A stretch of DNA of 64,000 nucleotides. Source: Squalus acanthias (lineage: Eukaryota). The notes beneath the pieces were generated by a model that worked only from the letters and a program-made list of their open reading frames with translations, did no database searches and was not told the DNA's origin. Where the stretch lies: assembly GCA_030390025.1 (NCBI GenBank), contig CM059432.1, positions 144,338,001 to 144,402,000 of the forward strand. Reading direction: 5' to 3'. Positions 24,223-38,000 of the stretch are shown here, piece after piece. The translations under genes and the position numbers were made by a program. Within the stretch, counting starts at the first letter, position 1, and every line of letters begins with the position of its first letter.

Positions 24223-24937
24223 CTGTCGGATAAAACATAACTTTGTTTGAAAAAGTAAGGAAAGCTTTGGGATTATTTACACATCAGGTCAGATTTACAG
24301 TACAGTTTAGATAAATCTCTGCCTAGTCTTGACAATAAATCTGTTGGGTTAGACAACTGCTAAAGATAACATAAACTGGGGGAAAGAATGTGTCCATTTA
24401 AGTGCTCCAGCAGATTGCAAGTCTTAAACTATTGGAAGAGTTCAGTGATGGGAGACTAGTGTCACAAACAGATCGATGGCTCGTGTGAATGATGTGTGAG
24501 AGGGAACAGCTGATAGGTTGGAGTTACTGCTTCAGACACAATAGCAACATGTTCCCTTATCAGAAAAGTACCTTGGGGCCGATTTCCAAAGTTAATCCAG
24601 TTCATATGTCACTTGCTCAGTCACTTTCAGCAGATAGCTGAACTAGAACTATGATTGTGGAATGGGAGATAGCTGAGCAAGTGTGCAGAAGCAGTGCAGA
24701 GCAAAAGGATGATATTTTACTGTGCAATATATGCACTTCATGTACTTAGAACACCTCAGTTAATTTTTCTATTAAATTAGGCGACTTCCTGCATTAAACA
24801 TTCAAATACTATAATCTCACAGGGCAATTTCACACCACCAGAATTAAACTTCAGCCCAAATTGTAAACCATGATTTACATTTCAGCAGCTTTCAAGATTT
24901 ACTCCTTGCCATTTTTTTTCCTTCCTCAGCTCCTCGC

Positions 24938-25406
24938 CTGTGTCAGCATGGTTCAGTGGGTAGCACACTCGCCTCTGAGTCAGAAGGTCATGGGTTCAAG
25001 TCCCACTCCAGAGACTTGAGCACATAATCCAGGCTGACACTCAGTACAGTGCTGAGGGAGTGCTGCACTGTCGGAGGTGCCGTCTTTCGGATGAGACATT
25101 AAACCGAGGCCCCCGTCTGCTCTCTCAGGTGGATGTAAAAGCTCCCACGCCACTATTGGAAGAAGAGCAGGGGAGTTCTCCCCAGTGTCCTGTTCTGGGC
25201 CAATATTTATCCCTCAACCAACATCACCAAAACAGATTATCTGGTCATTATCACATTGCTGTTTGTGGGACCTTGCTGTGCATAAATTGCCACATTTCCT
25301 ACATTACAACAGTGACTACACTTCAAAAATTACTTAATTGGCTGCAAAGCGCTTTGGGACATTCTGAGGTTGTGAAAGGAGCTATATAAATGCAAGTTCT
25401 TTCTTT
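24938..25406 (+). mobile_element. Full-length Deu-domain tRNA SINE
   Basis: A box ggttcagtgg, B box gggttcaagtccc, Deu core, tail gctatataaatgcaagttctttctttc. Confidence 0.9.
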
Positions 25407-26684
25407 CCTGCTGAGGGTGCTGATGTCTTGTTGGGGTACGTGTATGGGTTCTGCTGACACTACACTCAATTGGCCATTGACCATGATTGCGTGTTGGCAA
25501 TGAGCATAGTTGGGCTATTAGATTGCAGTTGACCAGAGTCAAGCTCGATGCTGCCCTTGTTCAATGTGTGTACACACACACTATCCAGGAGAGGGTCACA
25601 GGATGGAGATCAGGAGCAGGAGCTCAGGGTGACTGCTCCTTCCCTATCTGCTGAGACCAACTGTAGCCCCACTGCCCCTGTCCCAAGCTGGGATCAGCTA
25701 ACGCAGCACAGACCAGTGACATCCTTCCCCACCAAGACCATCCGTGTGTCTGTCTCTACCGCTGTTCTCCGTTCCCCATCGAGTCCCAGATTTATTAGTT
25801 TATGCTCCCTGTGCAAAAATTAGTACAGGAACCGTTTTCTAAAGGGGCATTTTTTCTTCTTAAAAAATGTTTGGGCAAAACATTTTTTAAATTAGTTTGC
25901 AAATACGAGCTGCACAGACCAAGAATGGGTCTGCTGAGGTAGCTGGACTCAGACAGGGAGACAGTGCGGGGGCTGTAACTGCACTCAGCGCTACTGAGGG
26001 GAGACCAACTCAGAGATTCTCCTCCTGATTCCTGTCCAGGAACCACTGGATGTTGGGCGATGCCCATCACCACCAAACAGCCGGCTAATAATCCGGCCGG
26101 GAATCTCCTCCCAGTGGTGGTGTGTTCCGGTAGGATGGGACCCCATCCCCCTCCCACCCCAACACTCCCAGAACTCCTGTGCAGTATCCGGGATCAGGGT
26201 GGTCCCATACGGAGGGAGGGCTCCTGACAGAATCACTGGCAGCCGTGCAGGGGAGCGATTCCGGTGATCTACAGCGGCACCGGAGAAGCTGGGAGAATGT
26301 CCCCCCCCTGGACTCTGCCACAGAAGCTCCACTGAAGACTGCGGGACAGACCTAGCCTTCAGCAGGTAAGTCTTGGGGTTGGAATGGTGGCTGTGAGGCC
26401 CTCTCCCTCCAGGGGGGGGGCATTTCAGGGCCGTTAGCCTCAATTCCCGGGGCCCCCCGTCACCTTCGCCATGGCAGCCCCAAGATGCGGTGGTAAAGCG
26501 GGGCCAATGGACGGGGACTAGGTCGAGGATCTGGGCCCACCGCCAGGCAAGCAGGGCAGGAGAGGCCAGTGTTAGTCCCGGCGAGAGATGAACATCACTC
26601 CTGATTTACCCCTCATTCTCCACAGCTACCCGGCCCGATTTTGGGTAGGATCATGGAGGAGAATCTAGTCCACAAAAAGCAACC

Positions 26685-27000
26685 ACTCGATGAGGTACCA
26701 AAACTAGGGGCCATAAATATAGGACAGTCACTAATAAACCCAATAGGGAATTCAGGAGAAACTTCTTTACCCAGAGAATGATGAGAATGTCAAACTCGCT
26801 GCCACAGGGAGTGGTTGAGGTGAATAGCATTGATGCATTTAAGGGGAAGTTGGATAAACACATGAGGGAGAAAGGAATAGAAGGAAATGTTGATGGGATT
26901 AGATGAAATAAGGTGGGAGGAGGCTCCTGTGGAGCATAAACACCGGCATGGAACAGTTGGGCCGAATGGCCTGTTTCCGTGCTGGAAATTCGATGTAATG
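26685..27000 (+). mobile_element. CR1 LINE 3' end
   Basis: aggggccataaatat...ttcaggagaaacttctttacccagaga...gggccgaatggcctgtttcc. Confidence 0.8.
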
Positions 27001-27269
27001 CCTTCAGGGGAGTGGAAGGAAAAATAAGTTTGTGACTGACCCCATTCCACCTGTGTCCCAAGCCCTTATTTTTAAGAGACGAAGAACTAGCTGTAACGGC
27101 TAGAGATACACTGCACGGGTCTCAAACATCCAACCTCCTGAGGCTGCTGATGGCACTCGAACATTGCCCCATGTCACTGCATCTGCTCAGAGGCTGATGG
27201 AACGTCCTGTATTTTGGTACAATCCAGGCACGGTTCAGATAAGGGCTCGGCTGCACCGGACTCACTCAC

Positions 27270-27374
27270 CGCAGGACAGCTCTTGATAGGGGAGCACTCC
27301 TTCTTCCGACATTCTGTCGCTCCCTTCTTACAGGCACAAAGCGAGCAGTTAACCGATGACCACATTTCCCCATC
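27270..27374 (-). CDS. BMPER: BMPER-family coding exon (equiv. exon 10), VWC5
   Basis: ctttag|GAT...GCG|gtgagt; 105 nt; [35 protein letters not shown]. Confidence 0.94.
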
Positions 27375-28149
27375 CTAAAGAGAAGAGGATTCAGAAAAGA
27401 TAAGTCTTTATCGAGATGCTCCCTCTTGAGTTGTACTTTTATGCTGCAGATCATCACCAGCTCTCTCCCACTCCGATAATTACTGACACTACAAATGGTT
27501 AAGGACATTTGTCAACCCTCAGACTCTCTCCGTCACCCTGTGGGGTGCAGCAGGAATCCCTCTGCGCCACTGACCATCACTCCTAGTCCTGCTGGAGGGT
27601 CAGGGTCAGGCAGGGTCATCTTATTTCAGTATCTCCGGCACATGCCCTGTGCCAACTTGCGGGGAGGAAGATGCAGAATGTGACAGCGCTCGGGAGGGGA
27701 GGAGGGAGGGGATTACGAGCCAGTCTCGCCAGTTTATTTCTTTTACCCTTCATAGCTGGGCTGACTTGCTTGTTCCTGCTGTCAGTCTTCTGGGATGTCC
27801 AAGCCAAGACCCAGGACATGACCCAGGACTGGACAACCCCGGTAGGTCCTGCTTCTGCCCCTCCATGGGCCTGTGATCATTCCAGCATCCAGACTACCAG
27901 GCACTCAGGAGCCCGCACACCAACACCACCGATCCCCGCCCCATTCCTAATGCCAAGGGGGCTTCTTACGGGGCAGGCCCCAGTGGGAAGGGCTGTCGGA
28001 GCGGGACACCGTGTCCCGCCCGATTGTCCACCATGGCCAGGTCTTTCACCCCAAGTTGTGCCCCGAGGAACAGGCTCGAGGGGCTGAATGGCCCGCACTC
28101 CTTATGTTCCTGTGAAATGCTGTTGGGTGCTTGCAATCCTGAGCAATAG

Positions 28150-28502
28150 CTTCAGAAAAAGCTGGAAACACTCAGCAGGCCAGGCAGCATCCGTGGAGAG
28201 AGAAACAGAGTTAACGTTTCGGGTCTGGGACCCTTCGTCAGAACTGGAAAAGGTTAGAGATGTAAAAGATTTTAAGCAGGTGCAGAGGCAGGGAGCGGGG
28301 GAGGGGAGGAAGGAACTGGAGGAACAGTCTGTGCTAGGGTAGGAGGCAGGAGAGATTAAATGTGGCAAATGGGGATGGCAGAATCATTAACAGCCTGAAA
28401 ATGGGGGCAGGGGTTATAGTCTGAAATTGTTGAACTCTATGTTGAGTCCAGAAGGCTGTAAAGTGCCTAATCGAAAGATGAGGTGCTGTTCCTCGAGCTT
28501 GT
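28150..28502 (-). mobile_element. Penelope-like element 3' end (GIY-YIG C-terminus plus pseudo-LTR)
   Basis: [28 protein letters not shown] followed by a hammerhead-bearing terminal region. Confidence 0.8.
28209..28245 (-). ncRNA. Minimal type I hammerhead ribozyme motif
   Basis: AGUU-CUGACGA-A-GGGUC(CCA)GACCC-GAAAC-GUU/AACU: catalytic core, stem II, palindromic stem III, 4 bp stem I. Confidence 0.7.
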
Positions 28503-28610
28503 TATATAGAACACCTCCAGCCAGGGGACGAGTAACGTTACATGAATTAATTGCAACTGTAGGTCAGGACCAAGCCCTTTGACTTTAATCCTGCCCGTCA
28601 CGGTACACAC

Positions 28611-28748
28611 CCTGTAGATCCTGTTGCCAACCCGACAAACTTTGAGCTCATCGACTGAAATATAGGAGAGGCATTCTCCACAGCACTGCGCTCTCCCCCA
28701 ACATGTCCCGGGCAGCGAGCATCGCTTCCTGCAAATCACAGTGGAATC
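28611..28748 (-). CDS. BMPER: BMPER-family coding exon (equiv. exon 9), VWC4/5
   Basis: tcgcag|GAT...AGG|gtgtgt; 138 nt; [46 protein letters not shown]. Confidence 0.92.
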
Positions 28749-29085
28749 CTGCGAGTGAAAGGAAATCCCTTTAAACAAATTCATCCTCTCAGGATCGAGG
28801 TTCACTGGAACAATAAGATTACAGCTCTCCATTTTACATCTTAAAGAAAAACACGAATTCTTTAGGGTATCAAGTTTCTACTTTTAGAAAGAGGAGTTTT
28901 TGTTACATGCATATTTCGAATCAAAACAGCAACTGCTGACTAGTCTGCGTTTGTTGAATCTGAGACACAGATTCGAGAGCAGCGATGGATTTTAATTTTC
29001 ACATTGCCTCACCCAGCCTTTAATCGGGAAAACTGAAGGAAGTGTTTTTATTTCAGCTGTGGAATGAGCAGAAACTGAGGGGAAG

Positions 29086-32000
29086 TGACCTCACTCCCGG
29101 GGTCACTCATTCTCCCTGACCTCACTCCCGGTGTCACTCACTCTCCCTGACCTCACTCCCGGTGTCACTCACTCTCCCTGACCTCACTCCCGGTGTCACT
29201 CTCCCTGACCTCACTCCCGGTGTCACTCTCCCTGACCTCACTCCCGGTGTCACTCTCCCTGACCTCACTCCCGGTGTCACTCTCCCTGACCTCACTCCCG
29301 GTGTCACTCTCCCTGACCTCACTCCCGGTGTCACTCTCCCTGACTTCACTCCCGGTGTCACTCACTCTCCCTGACCTCACTCCCGGTGTCACTCTCCCTG
29401 ACTTCACTCCCGGTGTCACTCACTCTCCCTGACCTCACTCCCGGTGTCACTCACTCTCCCTGACTTCACTCCCGGTGTCACTCACTCTCCCTGACCTCAC
29501 TCCCGGTGTCACTCACTCTCCCTGACCTCACTCTCCCTGACCTCACTCCCGGTGTCACTCTCCCTGACCTCACTCTCCCTGACTTCACTCCCGGTGTCAC
29601 TCTCCCTGACCTCACTCTCCCTGACCTCACTCCCGGTGTCACTCTCCCTGACCTCACTCCCGGTGTCACTCTCGCTGACCTCACTCTCTCTGACCTCACT
29701 CCCGGTGTCACTCTCCCTGACCTCACTCCTGGTGTCACTCTCGCTGACCTCACTCTCCCTGACCTCACTCCCGGTGTCACTCTCCCTGACCTCACTCCCG
29801 GTGTCACTCTCCCTGACCTCACTCCTGGTGTCACTCTCCCTGACCTCACTCCCGGTGTCACTCTCTCTGACCTCACTCCTGGTGTCACTCTCGCTGACCT
29901 CACTCTCCCTGACCTCACTCCTGGTGTCACTCCCGCTGACCTCATTCCTGGTGTCACTCTCGCTGACCTCACTCTCCCTGACCTCACTCCCGGTTTCACT
30001 CACCCTGACCTCACTCCCGGTGTCACTCTCTCTGACCTCAATCCTGGTGTCACTCTCGCTGACCTCACTCTCTCTGACCTCACTCCCGGTTTCACTCACC
30101 CTGACCTCACTCCCGGTGTCACTCTCTCTGACCTCACTCCCGGTGTCACTCTCTCTGACCTCACTCCTGGTGTCACTCTCGCTGACCTCACTCTCTCTGA
30201 CCTCACTCCCGGTGTCACTCTCGCTAACCTCACTCTCTCTGACCTCACTCCCGGTGTCACTCTCGCTGACCTCACTCCAGGTGTCACTCTCCCTGACCTC
30301 ACTCTCCCTGACCTCACTCCCGGTATCACTCTCCCTGACCTCACTCCTGGTGTCAGCCTCCCTGACCTCACTCCCGGTGTCACTCTCCCTGACCTCACTC
30401 CCGGTGTCACTCTCCCTGACCTCACTCCCGGTGTCACTATCCCTGACCGCACTCCCGGTGTCACTCTCCCTGACCTCACTCCTGGTGTCACTCTCTCTGA
30501 CCTCACTCCCGGTGTCACACTCACTGACCTCACTCCTGGTGTCACTCTCGCTGACCTCACTCTCTCTGACCTCACTCCCGGTGTCACTCTCCCTGACCTC
30601 ACTCCTGGTGTCACTCTCTCTGACCTCACTCTCCCTGACCTCACTCCCGGTGTCACTCTCTCTGACCTCACTCCCGGTGTCACTCTCCCTGACCTCACTC
30701 CTGGTGTCACTCTCTCTGACCTCACTCCCGGTGTCACACTCACTGAGCTCACTCCTGGTGTCACTCTCGCTCTCCTCACTCTCTCTGACCTCACTCCCGG
30801 TGTCACTCTCCCTGACCTCACTCCCGGTGTCACTCTCTCTGACCTCACTCCCGGTGTCACTCTCCCTGACCTCACTCCCGGTGTCACTCTCCCTGACCTC
30901 ACTCCCGGTGTCACTCTCCCTGACCTCACTCCCGGTGTCACTCTCCCTGACCTCACTCTCCCTGACCTCACTCTCCCTGACCTCACTCTCGCTGACCTCA
31001 CTCTCCCTGACCTCACTCTCCCTGACCTCACTCCCGGTGTCACTCTCCCTGACTTCACTCCCGGTGTCACTCTCTCTGACCTCACTCCCGGTGTCACTCT
31101 CCCTGACCTCACTCCCGGTGTCACTCTCCCTGACCTCACTCTCCCTGACCTCACTCTCCCTGACCTCACTCTCCCTGACCTCACTCCCGGTGTCACTCTC
31201 CCTGACCTCACTCCCGGTGTCACTCTCCCTGACCTCACTCCCGGTGTCACTCTCCCTGACCTCACTCCCGGTGTTACTCTCCCTGACCTCACTCCCGGTG
31301 TCACTCTCCCTGACCTCACTCCCGGTGTCACTCTCCCTGACCTCACTCCCAATGTCACTCTCCCTGACCTCACTCCCGGTGTCACTCTCCCTGACCTCAC
31401 TCCCGGTGTCACTCTCCCTGACCTCACTCCCGGTGTCACTCTCCCTGACCTCACTCCCAGTGTGACACTCCCTGACCTCACTCCCGGTGTCACTCACCCA
31501 GAACTCACTCCTGGTGTCACTCTCCCAGACCTCACTCCCGGTGTCACTCTCCCTGACCTCACTCCTGGTGTCACTCTCTCTGACCTCACTCCTGGTGCCA
31601 CTCTCGCTGACCTCACTCTCCCTGACCTCACTCCCGGTTTCACTCACCCTGACCTCACTCCCGGTGTCACTCTCTCTGACCTCACTCCTGGTGTCACTCT
31701 CGCTGACCTCACTCTCTCTGACCTCACTCCCGGTGTCACTCTCGCTGACCTCACTCTCTCTGACCTCACTCCCGGTGTCACTCTCGCTGACCTCACTCTC
31801 CCTGACCTCACTCCCGGTGTCACTCTCGCTGACCTCACTCTCCCTGACCTCACTCCTGGTGTCACTCTCGCTGACCTCACTCTCCCTAACCTCACTCCCG
31901 GTGTCACTCTCCCTGACCTCACTCCTGGTGTCACTCTCTCTGACCTCACTCCTGGTGTCACTCTCTCTGACCTCACTCCTGGTGTCACTCTCCCTGACCT

Positions 32001-35000
32001 CACTCTCTCTGACCTCACTCCCGGTGTCACTCACTCTCCCTGACCTCACTCCCGGAGTCACTCTCCCTGACCTCACTCCTGGTGTCACTCTCCCTGACCT
32101 CACTCTCTCTGACCTCACTCCCGGTGTCACTCACTCTCCCTGACCTCACTCCCGGAGTCACTCTCCCTGACCTCACTCCTGGTGTCACTCTCACTGACCT
32201 CACTCTCTCTGAACTCACTCCCGGTGTCACGCTCCCTGACCTCACTCCCGGAGTCACTCTCCCTGACCTCACTCCCGGTGTCACTCTCCCTGACCTCACT
32301 CCCGGTGTCACTCTCCCGGACCTCACTCCCGGTGTCACTCTCCCTGACCTCTCTCCCGGTGTCACTCTCCCTGACCTCACTCCCGGTGTCACTCTCCCTG
32401 ACCTCACTCCCGGTGTCACTCTCCCTGACCTGACTCCCGGTGTCACTCTCCCTGACCTCACTCCCGGTGTCACTCTCCCTGACCTCACTCCCGGTGTCAC
32501 TCTCCCTGACCTCACTCCCGGTGTCACTCTCCCTGATCTCACTCCCGGTGTCACTCTCTCTGACCTCACTCCCGGTGTCACTCTCCCTGACCTCACTCCC
32601 GGTGTCACTCTCCCTGACCTCACTCTCCCTGACCTCACTCCCGGTGTCACTCACTCTCCCTGACCTCACTCCCGGTGTCACACTCCCTGACCTCACTCTC
32701 CCTGACCTCACTCCCGGTGTCACTCTCCCTGACCTCACTCCCGGTGTCACTCTCCCTGACCTCACTCCCGGTGTCACTCTCCCTGACCTCACTCCCGGTG
32801 TCACTCTCCCTGACGTCACTCCCGGTGTCACTCTCCCTGACCTCACTCTCCCTGACCTCACTCCAGGTGTCACTCTCCCTGACCTCACTCCCGGTGTCAG
32901 TCTCCCTGACCTCACTCTCCCTGACCTCACTCCAGGTGTCACTCTCCCTGACCTCACTCCCGGTGTCACTCTCCCTGACCTCACTCCTGGTGTCACTCTC
33001 CCTGACCTCACTCCCGGTGTCACTCTCCCTGATCTCACTCCCGGTGTCACTCTCTCTGACCTCACTCCCGGTGTCACACTCCCTGACCTCACTCTCCCTG
33101 ACCTCATTCCCGGCGTCAATCTCCCTGACCTCACTCCCGGTGTCACTCTCCCTGACCTCCCTCCCGGTGTCAGCCTCCCTGACCTCACTCTCCCTGACCT
33201 CACTCCAGGTGTCACTCTCCCTGACCTCACTCCCGGTGTCACTCTCCCTGACTTCACTCCTGGTGTCACTCTCTCTGACCTCACTCCCGGTGTCACACTC
33301 CCTGACCTCACTCTCCCTGACCTCAGTCCCGGTGTCACTCACCCTGACCTCACTCCCGGTATCACTCTCCCTGACCTCACTCCTGGTGTCAGCCTCCCTG
33401 ACCTCACTCCCGGTGTCACTCTCCCTGACCTCACTCCCGGTGTCACTCTCCCTGACCTCACTCCCGGTGTCACTATCCCTGACCGCACTCCCGGTGTCAC
33501 TCTCCCTGACCTCACTCCTGGTGTCACTCTCTCTGACCTCACTCCCGGTGTCACACTCACTGACCTCACTCCTGGTGTCACTCTCGCTGACCTCACTCTC
33601 TCTGACCTCACTCCCGGTGTCACTCTCCCTGACCTCACTCCTGGTGTCACTCTCTCTGACCTCACTCTCCCTGACCTCACTCCCGGTGTCACTCTCTCTG
33701 ACCTCACTCCCGGTGTCACTCTCCCTGACCTCACTCCTGGTGTCACTCTCTCTGACCTCACTCCCGGTGTCACACTCACTGAGCTCACTCCTGGTGTCAC
33801 TCTCGCTCTCCTCACTCTCTCTGACCTCACTCCCGGTGTCACTCTCCCTGACCTCACTCCCGGTGTCACTCTCTCTGACCTCACTCCCGGTGTCACTCTC
33901 CCTGACCTCACTCCCGGTGTCACTCTCCCTGACCTCACTCCCGGTGTCACTCTCCCTGACCTCACTCCCGGTGTCACTCTCCCTGACCTCACTCTCCCTG
34001 ACCTCACTCTCCCTGACCTCACTCTCGCTGACCTCACTCTCGCTGACCTCACTCTCCCTGACCTCACTCCCGGTGTCACTCTCCCTGACTTCACTCCCGG
34101 TGTCACTCTCTCTGACCTCACTCCCGGTGTCACTCTCCCTGACCTCACTCCCGGTGTCACTCTCCCTGACCTCACTCTCCCTGACCTCACTCTCCCTGAC
34201 CTCACTCTCCCTGACCTCACTCCCGGTGTCACTCTCCCTGACCTCACTCCCGGTGTCACTCTCCCTGACCTCACTCCCGGTGTCACTCTCCCTGACCTCA
34301 CTCCCGGTGTTACTCTCCCTGACCTCACTCCCGGTGTCACTCTCCCTGACCTCACTCCCGGTGTCACTCTCCCTGACCTCACTCCCAATGTCACTCTCCC
34401 TGACCTCACTCCCGGTGTCACTCTCCCTGACCTCACTCCCGGTGTCACTCTCCCTGACCTCACTCCCGGTGTCACTCTCCCTGACCTCACTCCCAGTGTG
34501 ACACTCCCTGACCTCACTCCCGGTGTCACTCACCCAGAACTCACTCCTGGTGTCACTCTCCCAGACCTCACTCCCGGTGTCACTCTCCCTGACCTCACTC
34601 CTGGTGTCACTCTCTCTGACCTCACTCCTGGTGCCACTCTCGCTGACCTCACTCTCCCTGACCTCACTCCCGGTTTCACTCACCCTGACCTCACTCCCGG
34701 TGTCACTCTCTCTGACCTCACTCCTGGTGTCACTCTCGCTGACCTCACTCTCTCTGACCTCACTCCCGGTGTCACTCTCGCTGACCTCACTCTCTCTGAC
34801 CTCACTCCCGGTGTCACTCTCGCTGACCTCACTCTCCCTGACCTCACTCCCGGTGTCACTCTCGCTGACCTCACTCTCCCTGACCTCACTCCTGGTGTCA
34901 CTCTCGCTGACCTCACTCTCCCTAACCTCACTCCCGGTGTCACTCTCCCTGACCTCACTCCTGGTGTCACTCTCTCTGACCTCACTCCTGGTGTCACTCT

Positions 35001-38000
35001 CTCTGACCTCACTCCTGGTGTCACTCTCCCTGACCTCACTCTCTCTGACCTCACTCCCGGTGTCACTCACTCTCCCTGACCTCACTCCCGGAGTCACTCT
35101 CCCTGACCTCACTCCTGGTGTCACTCTCCCTGACCTCACTCTCTCTGACCTCACTCCCGGTGTCACTCACTCTCCCTGACCTCACTCCCGGAGTCACTCT
35201 CCCTGACCTCACTCCTGGTGTCACTCTCACTGACCTCACTCTCTCTGAACTCACTCCCGGTGTCACGCTCCCTGACCTCACTCCCGGAGTCACTCTCCCT
35301 GACCTCACTCCCGGTGTCACTCTCCCTGACCTCACTCCCGGTGTCACTCTCCCTGACCTCACTCCCGGTGTCACTCTCCCTGACCTCACTCCCGGTGTCA
35401 CTCTCCCTGACCTCTCTCCCGGTGTCACTCTCCCTGACCTCACTCCCGGTGTCACTCTCCCTGACCTCACTCCCGGTGTCACTCTCCCTGACCTGACTCC
35501 CGGTGTCACTCTCCCTGACCTCACTCCCGGTGTCACTCTCCCTGACCTCACTCCTGGTGTCACTCTCCCTGACCTCACTCCCGGTGTCACTCTCCCTGAT
35601 CTCACTCCCGGTGTCACTCTCTCTGACCTCACTCCCGGTGTCACTCTCCCTGACCTCACTCCCGGTGTCACTCTCCCTGACCTCACTCTCCCTGACCTCA
35701 CTCCCGGTGTCACTCACTCTCCCTGACCTCACTCCCGGTGTCACACTCCCTGACCTCACTCTCCCTGACCTCACTCCCGGTGTCACTCTCCCTGACCTCA
35801 CTCCGGTGTCACTCTCCCTGACCTCACTCCCGGTGTCACTCTCCCTGACCTCACTCCCGGTGTCACTCTCCCTGACCTCACTCTCCCTGATCTCACTCCC
35901 GGTGTCACTCTCTCTGACCTCACTCCCGGTGTCACACTCCCTGACCTCACTCTCCCTGACCTCACTCTCCCTGACCTCACTCCCGGCGTCAATCTCCCTG
36001 ACCTCACTCCCGGTGTCAGCCTCCTGGGCCTCACTCTCCCTGACCTCACTCCCGGTGTCACTCTCCCTGACCTCACTCCCGGTGTCACTCTCCCTGACCT
36101 CACTCTCCCTGACCTCACTCCAGGTGTCACTCTCCCTGACCTCACTCCCGATGTCACTCTCCCTGACTTCACTCCTGGTGTCACTCTCCCTGATCTCACC
36201 CCCGGTGTCACACTCCCTGACCTCACTCTCCCTGACCTCACTCCCGGTGTCACTCTCCCTGACCTCACTCTCCCTGATCTCACTCCCGGTGTCACTCTCT
36301 CTGACCTCACTCCCGGTGTCACACTCCCTGACCTCACTCTCCCTGACCTCACTCCCGGCGTCAATCTCCCTGACCTCACTCCCGGTATCACTCTCCCTGA
36401 CCTCACTCCTGGTGTCAGCCTCCCTGACCTCACTCCCGGTGTCACTCTCCCTGACCTCACTCCCGGTGTCACTCTCCCTGACCTCACTCCCGGTGTCACT
36501 CTCCCTGACCTCACTCTCCCTGACCTCACTCCAGGTGTCACTCTCCCTGACCGCACTCCCGGTGTCACTCTCCCTGACCTCACTCCTGGTGTCACTCTCC
36601 CTGACCTCACTCCCGGTGTCACTCTCCCTGACCTCACTCTCCCTGACCTCACTCCCGGTGTCACTCTCCCTGATCTCACTCCCGGTGTCACTCTCTCTGA
36701 CCTCACTCCCGATGTCACACTCCCTGACCTCACTCTCCCTGACCTCACTCCCGGTGTCACTCTCCCTGACCTCACTCCCGGCGTCAATCTCCCTGACCTC
36801 ACTCCCGGTGTCACTCTCCCTGACCTCACTCCCGGTGTCACTCTCCCTGACCTCACTCCAGGTGTCACTCTCCCTGACCTCACTCCCGGAGTCACTCTCC
36901 CTGACCACACTCCTGGTGTCACTCTCGCTGACCTCACTCTCCCTGACCTCACTCCAGGTGTCACTCTCCCTGACCTCACTCCCGGAGTCACTCTCCCTGA
37001 CCTCACTCCTGGTGTCGCTCTCGCTGACCTCACTCTCCCTGACCTCACTCCAGGTGTCACTCTCCCTGACCTCACTCCCGGTGTCACTCTCCCTGACCTC
37101 ACTCCCGGTGTCACTCTCCCTGACCTCACACCCGGAGTCACTCTCCCTGACCTCACTCCCGGTGTCACTCTCCCTGACCTCACTCCCGGAGTCACTCTCC
37201 CTGACCTCACTCCCGGTGTCACTCTCCCTGACCTCACTCCCGGAGTCACTCTCCCTGACCTCACTCCCAGTGTCACTCTCCCTGACCTCACTCCCGGAGT
37301 CACTCTCCCTGACCTCACTCCCGGTGTCACTCTCCCTGACCTCACTCCCGGTGTCACTCTCCCTGACCTCACTCCCGGTTTCACTCTCCCTGACCTCACT
37401 CCTGGTGTCACTCTCGCTGACCTCACTCTCCCTGACCTCACTCCTGGTGTCACTCTCCCTGACCTCACTCCTGGTGTCAATCTCCCTGACCTCACTCCCG
37501 GAGTCACTCTCCCTGACCTCACTCCCAGTGTCACTCTCCCTGACCTCACTCCCGGAGTCACTCTCCCTGACCTCACTCCCGGTGTCACTCTCCCTGACCT
37601 CACTCCCGGTGTCACTCTCCCTGACCTCACTCCCGGTTTCACTCTCCCTGACCTCACTCCTGGTGTCACTCTCGCTGACCTCACTCTCCCTGACCTCACT
37701 CCTGGTGTCACTCTCCCTGACCTCACTCCTGGTGTCAATCTCCCTGACCTCACTCCTGGTGTCACTCTCCCTGACCTCACTCCTGGTGTCACTCTCGCTG
37801 ACCTCACTCTCCCTGACCTCACTCCTGGTGTCACTCTCCCTGACCTCACTCCCGGTGTCACTCTCTCTGACCTCACTCCCGGTGTCACTCTCTCTGACCT
37901 CACTCCCAGTGTCACTCTCCCTGACCTCACTCCTGGTGTCACTCTCCCTGACCTCACTCCTGGTGTCACTCTCCCTGACCTCACTCCCGGTGTCACTCTC

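Noticed and set aside
24938..25010. tRNA gene
   Set aside because: A and B boxes continue into a SINE body; no convincing cloverleaf
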